From: Pseudomonas aeruginosa
GTDB lineage: Bacteria; Pseudomonadota; Gammaproteobacteria; Pseudomonadales; Pseudomonadaceae
Assembly (NCBI RefSeq): GCF_001457615.1
Contig: NZ_LN831024.1
Span: 5,070,001 to 5,102,000, forward strand
Reading direction: 5' to 3'
DNA: 32,000 bases
Below, piece by piece: positions 26,601 through 32,000 of this stretch. A program made the translations under genes and the position numbers. Below the pieces are notes generated by a model. It saw nothing but the letters and a program-made list of their open reading frames with translations. It was not told the DNA's origin and made no database searches. Position 1 is the stretch's first letter. Each line of letters starts with the position of its first letter.

Positions 26601-27764
26601 CTAGAGGTAGAACGCCTTCAGCGGCGGGAAGCCGTTGAACTCCACCGCACTGTAGCTGGTGGTGTAGGCGCCGGTAGACAGCCAGTAAAGGCGGTCGCCG
26701 CTCGCCAGGTTCAGCGGCAGGCCATACTTGTAGTGCTCGTACATGATGTCGGCGCTGTCGCAGGTCGGGCCGGCGATCACCACCTCTTCCATCTCGCCCT
26801 GCTTCTCGGTCCAGATCGGGAACTTGATCGACTCGTCCATGGTTTCGATCAGTCCGGAGAACTTGCCGACGTCGGCATAGACCCAGCGCTCCACGGCGGT
26901 CCGCGACTTGCGGGCGACCAGCACCACTTCGCTGACCAGGATGCCGGCATTGGCGATCAGCGAACGGCCCGGCTCGAGGATGATTTCCGGCAGGTCGTCG
27001 CCGAAGTCCTCCTTGAGGAAGCGGATGATCTCCTCCGCATAGGTTTCCAGGTCGTTGGTCTTGGTGATGTAGTTGGCCGGGAAGCCGCCGCCCATGTTGA
27101 TCATCTTCAGGACGATACCGTCTTCTTCCTTCAGGCGCTCGAAGATCACCTTGACCTTAGCGATCGCCGCGTCCCACACCGAGATGTCGCGCTGCTGCGA
27201 ACCGACGTGGAAGGAAATGCCGTAGGGCTCCAGGCCCAGCTGGCGGGCCAGGATCAGCAGGTCCATGGCCATGTCGGTCTGGCAGCCGAACTTGCGCGAC
27301 AACGGCCAGTCTGCGGTAGTCGAGCCCTCGGTGAGAATACGCACGTAGACCTTGGCGCCGGGAGCGGCCTTGGCGATGTTGCGCAGGTCGGCTTCGGAGT
27401 CGGTGGCGAACAGGCGCACGCCCTTCTCGTAGAAGTAGCGGATGTCCTTGGATTTCTTGATGGTGTTGCCGTAGCTGATGCGCTCCGGACCGACGCCGGT
27501 CTTCATCACCTTGTCCAGTTCGTAGATCGAGGCGATATCGAAGTTCGAACCCTTGTCGCGCAGCAGCTCGGTGATTTCGGTAGCGGGATTGGCCTTCACC
27601 GCGTAGTAGATCCTGGCGAAGGGGAAGCAGTCGGTCAGTTGGTCGTAGGCATCGGCGATGGTTTGCTTGTCGATGACCACGAAGGGGGTTTCCTGCTTGT
27701 CGGCGAAGGCCTTCATGCGCTGGAAGGTTTCAGGGGCGAAATAATCCTCGACCTTGATGGACAT
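26601..27764 (-). CDS. speC: Ornithine decarboxylase (PLP-dependent, alanine-racemase-fold group IV)
   Basis: 387 aa from ATG 27764, with a GGGAG SD 9 nt upstream. The track start, TTG 27785, is less likely. PLP-lysine context YAVKANP, GGGFP glycine loop and C-terminal beta-barrel domain with CDSAD. Confidence 0.92.
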   Translation of the reverse strand: MSIKVEDYFAPETFQRMKAFADKQETPFVVIDKQTIADAYDQLTDCFPFARIYYAVKANPATEITELLRDKGSNFDIASIYELDKVMKTGVGPERISYGNTIKKSKDIRYFYEKGVRLFATDSEADLRNIAKAAPGAKVYVRILTEGSTTADWPLSRKFGCQTDMAMDLLILARQLGLEPYGISFHVGSQQRDISVWDAAIAKVKVIFERLKEEDGIVLKMINMGGGFPANYITKTNDLETYAEEIIRFLKEDFGDDLPEIILEPGRSLIANAGILVSEVVLVARKSRTAVERWVYADVGKFSGLIETMDESIKFPIWTEKQGEMEEVVIAGPTCDSADIMYEHYKYGLPLNLASGDRLYWLSTGAYTTSYSAVEFNGFPPLKAFYL

Positions 27765-28215
27765 GGTTGGGACTCCCAATGGCAAAACACATGGATTCGT
27801 AGGGGTGAAGCTGAACGTCTAATCCGTTTCCCCACTTTGGTTCGCCTACTTCCCAAGGCATGTCGCCGAGTATCACCTGCCTGCCGGCAGCCACCGCCTG
27901 TTCATCCTGGTAGGTCGCGCGCGTGTCCCGCGCGACAACCTGGCCGCTTGAGCAGCGGACGTCGCCTTGCCACAAGGCGATCTCTCGTCGTCAGTACTTG
28001 AGCCGGATGGATCGTTTCCAGCATGGACGTTCGGGCGCGAACTTTAGGACCAAGGGGACGCGAGATCAATAAAAAAATGCCGCGATTTCGCCTCCGCCTG
28101 TCGCACCGCCGGATTGACCTGCTCAGCCTTTACCCCATGTGCATGACAGTGGGATGTCCCCGTCCGCCCAGCGTTCAATCGGATGGACGAAAAACGTCCC
28201 GCGCAGGCCTTGCGC

Positions 28216-30237
28216 CTACACCCGGAACGCGCCGATCAGGCGTTTCAGTTGGGTCACCTGGGCGCCCAGTTCGCGGCTGGCCCGTTCGGTCTGGCTGGCG
28301 CCTTCCGCGGTGCGCTCGCCGGCCTGGTTGATCTCGACGATGTTCTGGTCGATATCGTGGGCCACGGCGGTCTGTTGCTCGGCGGCGGCGGCGATTTGCT
28401 GGTTCTGGTCGACGATCATGCCCACCGCGCCGAGGATATTCTCCAGTGCCTGCTGCACCTGCGCCGACTCGTTGACCGTGCCATCGGCGGTATGGTGGCT
28501 GCTGCCCATCGCCTTCACCGCCGCATCGACGCCGCCCTGCAGGCGCAGGATCATCTGTTCGATCTCGGCGGTGGATTGCTGGGTGCGCTTGGCCAGCGTG
28601 CGCACCTCGTCGGCCACCACCGCGAAACCGCGCCCCTGCTCCCCGGCACGAGCGGCCTCGATCGCCGCATTGAGCGCCAGCAGGTTGGTCTGTTCGGCGA
28701 TGCCCTTGATCACATCCAGCACCTGGCTGATCGAGGCGCTGTCGCTGGCCAGGCGATTGATCGCCGCCACCGACTGGTCGATCTCGCCGGCCAGGCGCTG
28801 GATGCTACCCACCTGCGACTCGACCAGGCTGCGCCCGCTGAGGGTTTCCTGGTTCACGCTGTTCGCGCTGCTCACCGCCATCGCCGCGCTGCGCGCCACT
28901 TCCTGAGCGGTAGCGGCCATCTGGTTCATCGCCGTGGCCACCTGCTCGATCTGGCTGCGTTGCCCGGCTACCGCCTGGTTGCTTTCGGCCGACACCGACT
29001 CGACGCGCAGGGTCTGCCGCTCGACCTCGCCGACGGTCTGGCTGACCCGCTCGATCAGGTCGTGGATCTTCGCCACCGATTCGTTGAACGATTGTCCCAG
29101 CTCGCCCAGCTCGTCACGGCTGCGGGCCTGGAAGCTGACCGTCATGTCGCCGCCGGCGACGCGCTCCATCATTCGCCCGAGATCCTTCAGGGTGGCGCGG
29201 GTGGAAACGTAGAAACCGCCGTAGAGGTATAGGATCGCGGCGAAAACCACGGCCAGCGCGGCGACTAGCAACAGCATCTGCGTGCGCACCTGTTGCAGGC
29301 GCTTTTGCAACTGGGTATCGAGATAGCCGAGAACGGCGTCGTCGAGCTGGTAGGTCTTGTCCATCGCCGCGCTGACCTGATCGTAGAACTGCGTCCACGG
29401 GGTATCCAGCGTCTCGGCCACGATCACCCGGTCCTCGAACAACTGCCCCAGGCTCTTCAGGGTCTCGCGACTGGCCTGGGCGGCCTCCTCGAGCAGCTGT
29501 GGGCTGCCGGCCAGGGACTCCTGCAGCTTCAGGCCATACTCGCCATGCAGTTTCTCGAACTCCAGCAGCAGTTCGTCGAGCCGCGCGCTGGAGGACGAAT
29601 TGAGGAAACCCTGGCCCAGGGAGTAGGCGCCGATGGCGCGCCCCTTGCTGATGGCCGCCGTCACCTCCGGCGTTATCGAGCCGACCAGCTCGCTGAGCTG
29701 GCGCACCTGGCGCTGGCTGTCCTGGCTGAGCCCGGCCTGGGCGATGAGCAACTTGATGAATACCTGTGCGCTACCGAGCAGCTTCTCCGCCCGTGCGCCC
29801 TTGCCCTGCAGGGACCCTTCGGCCTCCACGGCCTGCAAGCCGTTGAGCAACCGGTCGCGCTGGGCCTCGAATTCGGCTACCGCCGCACCATCCTCGCTGA
29901 GCGGCGCCAGCGCCTCGAGCCGCCCGCGCAGCCCCTTCTGGACGTCCGCGATGCGCGCTTCCAGATCGCCGGCCTTGCCGGACTGGCCGATGACCGCATT
30001 GATCTGCAACAGATCGTTGAGGGACTCCAGGCCACGCCGGATCTGCAGTCCGCTACCCAGCAGCGTCAAGCTCTGCAGTTCGATCCGGGTGTCGCTGAAC
30101 TGGCGATAGGCATCGCGCACCAGATAGAAGCTGGTGATCAGCAGCGGCAGGAAGAACAGCACGCTGATCAGGCCGAACTTCATGCCGAAGCTGAGCCGGT
30201 TCATCAGCGCGATGGCGGGATAGAGTACGGTCTTCAC
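28216..30237 (-). CDS. Methyl-accepting chemotaxis protein with a large helical periplasmic sensor domain
   Basis: 673 aa with a GTG start and AGGAG SD. TM1 is at aa ~19-40, a ~280-aa periplasmic domain follows, TM2 is at aa ~321-344, then HAMP and the highly conserved MCP hairpin ([35 protein letters not shown]). Confidence 0.92.
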   Translation of the reverse strand: MKTVLYPAIALMNRLSFGMKFGLISVLFFLPLLITSFYLVRDAYRQFSDTRIELQSLTLLGSGLQIRRGLESLNDLLQINAVIGQSGKAGDLEARIADVQKGLRGRLEALAPLSEDGAAVAEFEAQRDRLLNGLQAVEAEGSLQGKGARAEKLLGSAQVFIKLLIAQAGLSQDSQRQVRQLSELVGSITPEVTAAISKGRAIGAYSLGQGFLNSSSSARLDELLLEFEKLHGEYGLKLQESLAGSPQLLEEAAQASRETLKSLGQLFEDRVIVAETLDTPWTQFYDQVSAAMDKTYQLDDAVLGYLDTQLQKRLQQVRTQMLLLVAALAVVFAAILYLYGGFYVSTRATLKDLGRMMERVAGGDMTVSFQARSRDELGELGQSFNESVAKIHDLIERVSQTVGEVERQTLRVESVSAESNQAVAGQRSQIEQVATAMNQMAATAQEVARSAAMAVSSANSVNQETLSGRSLVESQVGSIQRLAGEIDQSVAAINRLASDSASISQVLDVIKGIAEQTNLLALNAAIEAARAGEQGRGFAVVADEVRTLAKRTQQSTAEIEQMILRLQGGVDAAVKAMGSSHHTADGTVNESAQVQQALENILGAVGMIVDQNQQIAAAAEQQTAVAHDIDQNIVEINQAGERTAEGASQTERASRELGAQVTQLKRLIGAFRV

Positions 30238-30359
30238 CCAGACGTCTCCTGATTGTTCTTATCGTTCTGAGAGATGCCGCCGCGTGGCGACATTGACGCA
30301 CGGAGTCCGCTCGGTAATGGCCTTTCGAAATCATGCGGACACGTTCACCTGTGTACCCG

Positions 30360-30386
30360 ATATCGGCCTGGTGTTCTGTAACTTAA
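30360..30386 (-). promoter_or_regulatory. Sigma-28 (FliA)-type promoter for the MCP gene
   Basis: Minus strand: TTAAGTTA-N11-GCCGATAT versus consensus TAAAGTTT-N11-GCCGATAA (6/8 and 7/8, exact spacing). About 120 nt upstream of the GTG start. Confidence 0.6.
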
Positions 30387-30391
30387 GGTTA

Positions 30392-30418
30392 ACGGGGAAT
30401 CGCAGGCGGATTCCCCGT
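30392..30418 (-). terminator. Stem-loop terminator candidate after ampE
   Basis: ACGGGGAATC-(7 nt)-GATTCCCCGT, a 10-bp stem 9 nt after the ampE stop. The trailing sequence TAACCTTAAGTT is only moderately U-rich. Confidence 0.5.
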
Positions 30419-30426
30419 CGCTGCGC

Positions 30427-31263
30427 TCAGAGGAACAGCGCGCAGAAGGCGAACACGGCGTACCAGAGCACGGCCGCACGCACCAGCAATTGCCAGAGCG
30501 CATCCAGGCTGGCGACGCCGGCGGCACCCAGTTCGACCGCTTCGACATCGCTGGCGACCCGTCCGGCCTTGCCCAGCAGCGCGGCCGCCGAGATGTCCCA
30601 GGCCAGCAGCCAGTGCAGCAGCACGCGGATAACCGCGAGGAAGTTGCCGACCAGGGCGAAGCTCAGCACCAGCGCACGCACCGGCAACCAGTCGAAGATA
30701 TGCCGGACGCGCGCCGCCTGTTCGCGCAACGCCGGCTGGCGGGCGTGCTCCAGCGCCAGTGCCAGCAGGCGATAGGCCAGGGCCGCCACCGGGCCGAGCA
30801 AGGCATACCAGAAGATCACCGCGAAGAAGCTCTGGTAGCCCTGCCAGAGCAGATGGCCGTGCACCCGGCCGATCAGGTCGCTCTCGCTGCCGCCCAGGAT
30901 CCCCAGATCGCGTTCGGCGACATGGAAGGCAGCCTGGGCCTCCTCGCGCCGCCAGGCGTCGCGGAACGGCCCGAGGTCGGCCATGACGTCGCCGCGGCCG
31001 AGACTGTAGACCACCACCAGAAGATGCAGCGGAAGGCTCAACCAGCCATAGGCCAGCGGCTGCAGCAATGTCAGCAGCAGGGCCAGCGGCAGCAACGGCA
31101 GGACCACCGCGAGCAGCAACCCCAGCCAGGAGCGGCGGGACACCGAGGGCAGATCCTCGACCAGGCCCAGCCAGGCGAGCCAGGCGCCATCGCGCTGGAT
31201 ACGCCGGCGCCAGCCGGAGAACTTCTCCAGCGCAAGGGCCAGCAGCAACACCAGGAACGTCAT
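30427..31263 (-). CDS. ampE: AmpE inner-membrane protein (ampDE operon)
   Basis: The track ORF is over-extended to 31500. The real start is ATG 31263 (MTFLVLLLALALEKFSGWRRRIQRDG...), giving 278 aa, with an AGGAGG SD. ATGA overlap with the ampD stop. Confidence 0.9.
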   Translation of the reverse strand: MTFLVLLLALALEKFSGWRRRIQRDGAWLAWLGLVEDLPSVSRRSWLGLLLAVVLPLLPLALLLTLLQPLAYGWLSLPLHLLVVVYSLGRGDVMADLGPFRDAWRREEAQAAFHVAERDLGILGGSESDLIGRVHGHLLWQGYQSFFAVIFWYALLGPVAALAYRLLALALEHARQPALREQAARVRHIFDWLPVRALVLSFALVGNFLAVIRVLLHWLLAWDISAAALLGKAGRVASDVEAVELGAAGVASLDALWQLLVRAAVLWYAVFAFCALFL

Positions 31264-31826
31264 GTTTCCTCCTTGGAATCGGTCAATCCGGCGCGGTAGC
31301 GCGACCAGTCGAAAGCCTCGCCGGGATCGGTCTTGCGCTCCGGGGCGATATCGCAGTGGCCCTGGATGCGTTCCGGGGTGATCGCCGGGAAGGCCGCGCG
31401 CAACAGCCGCGTCAGCCCGGCCAGGGCAGTGTACTGCGCGTCCGTGTACGGTTCCGTGTCGGTCCCCTCCAGTTCGATGCCAAGGGAGAAGTCGTTGCAC
31501 GCCTCGCGACCGTCGAAGCAGGAAACCCCGGCATGCCAGGCGCGGTCGTGGCAGGAGACGAACTGGGTGATGGCGCCGTCGCGTTCGATGAGGAAATGCG
31601 CGGAAACCGTCAGGTGGCGGATCTCCTCGAAATAGGGATGTTCGTTCGGGTCCAGGCGATTCTGGAAGAACGCCTGGACCTTGCCGGTGCCGAACTGTCC
31701 CGGCGGCAGGCTGATATTGTGGATGACCAGCAGCGACACCGCGTCCCCTTGCGGACGCAGGTTGAAATTCGGTGAAGGGCAGTGGCGGACGCCACGGACC
31801 CAGCCGGTAACGGAATCGAAATGCAT
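31260..31826 (-). CDS. ampD: 1,6-anhydro-N-acetylmuramyl-L-alanine amidase AmpD (amidase_2)
   Basis: 188 aa from ATG 31826 (AGGAG SD 6 nt upstream): MHFDSVTGWVRGVRHCPSPNFN... Zn-ligand contexts are intact (VIHNISLPPG, GHCDIAPERKTDPG). No frameshift or premature stop. Confidence 0.92.
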   Translation of the reverse strand: MHFDSVTGWVRGVRHCPSPNFNLRPQGDAVSLLVIHNISLPPGQFGTGKVQAFFQNRLDPNEHPYFEEIRHLTVSAHFLIERDGAITQFVSCHDRAWHAGVSCFDGREACNDFSLGIELEGTDTEPYTDAQYTALAGLTRLLRAAFPAITPERIQGHCDIAPERKTDPGEAFDWSRYRAGLTDSKEET

Positions 31827-31940
31827 ACGGGCTCCTGAACGAGCCCCCACTCTAATCCAGCGGCGCCGGAATGACGATCAGGCGGGCTCTGGATCGGCCG
31901 CTTCGACATGCGTCGAGGAAAGGTATTACCCGCAAGAACG

Positions 31941-31964
31941 AAAAGACCCGGCATCCGCCGGGTC
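31941..31964 (-). terminator. Rho-independent terminator of the upstream minus-strand gene
   Basis: Minus strand: GACCCGGC-ggat-GCCGGGTC followed by TTTTCGTTCTT. Confidence 0.75.
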
Positions 31965-31976
31965 CTCGAGAAGCGG

Positions 31977-32000
31977 CTAGGCGCCCTTGAGGCGCCGCAG
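31977..32000 (-). CDS. Possible 3' end (last 7 codons + TAG) of a minus-strand gene running off the window
   Basis: Reading ...CTG CGG CGC CTC AAG GGC GCC TAG places a stop 12 nt before the terminator above. The frame cannot be verified from 24 nt. Confidence 0.3.
   Translation of the reverse strand: MRRLKGA

Noticed and set aside
27902-28024. 40-codon minus-strand ORF (MLETIHPAQVLTTRDRLVARRRPLLKRPGCRAGHARDLPG) in the speC upstream region, considered as a speFL-like leader peptide.
   Set aside because: It has no SD and many rare codons (CAA, GTA, AGA, CTT, AGG, CGA). I cannot show conservation. It is kept only as a remote possibility under the speC-leader finding.
24868-30252. Long shadow ORFs opposite the PEtN-transferase gene, speC and the MCP gene (24868-26310 minus; 26733-28001, 28183-29232 and 29293-30252 plus).
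   Set aside because: Low-complexity translations lying antisense to genes with clear family signatures.
31260-31826. ampD inactivation, a common route to AmpC hyperproduction.
   Set aside because: The ORF is full length (188 aa) with intact catalytic and zinc-binding contexts and no frameshift. Individual substitutions cannot be judged without a reference alignment.
1-32000. A search for a mobile element, prophage, genomic island or defence system (integrase, transposase, tRNA target, flanking direct repeats, toxin-antitoxin pairs, restriction or CBASS-like genes).
   Set aside because: None was found. Every ORF of credible coding quality is accounted for by a housekeeping or accessory-metabolism family in conserved P. 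aeruginosa order. The only compositional outlier is piuA itself.

Overview
High-GC Pseudomonas aeruginosa-type core chromosome. From memory of the reference genome it is collinear with PAO1 PA4497-PA4523. Left to right: 3' part of a DppA-type binding protein; mdpA (M24 dipeptidase, -); psdR (+); dppA3-opdP-dppA4-dppBCDF, a dipeptide uptake operon with three or more paralogous binding proteins and an OprD-family porin; a divergent LysE-exporter/Lrp-regulator pair; pxpCBA 5-oxoprolinase (-); lpxO (+); a REP-type repeat array; the Fur-type iron locus piuB (-), piuA (-), piuC (+) plus a Sel1-repeat gene; a phosphoethanolamine-transferase-family gene; a VOC/glyoxalase gene; speC; an MCP chemoreceptor gene; ampE-ampD; and the last codons of one more minus-strand gene. 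I saw no rRNA, tRNA, CRISPR, integrase, transposase or recognisable defence island, and no convincing wholly new multi-gene system. The window reads as ordinary core genome. The strongest observation is that psdR is broken by a perfect 46-bp tandem duplication starting at the G of its ATG, which frameshifts the HTH domain. A shared direct-repeat motif (AGTCNNNCTTAA) sits on the mdpA and dppA3 promoters, and AAnAAnAA (Hfq/Crc-type) motifs abut the RBS of mdpA, dppA3 and opdP. Other points worth a look are the PiuB fusion (PepSY-TM plus flavodoxin/FNR), which reads as a self-contained siderophore reductase; compositionally atypical piuA; separate Fur-box-like sites for piuB, piuA and piuC; a near-consensus sigma-28 promoter for the MCP gene; a 14-codon mini-ORF between dppC and dppD; and a 3 x ~112-bp REP array. 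All coordinates and motif matches were worked out by hand, and no database search was possible.
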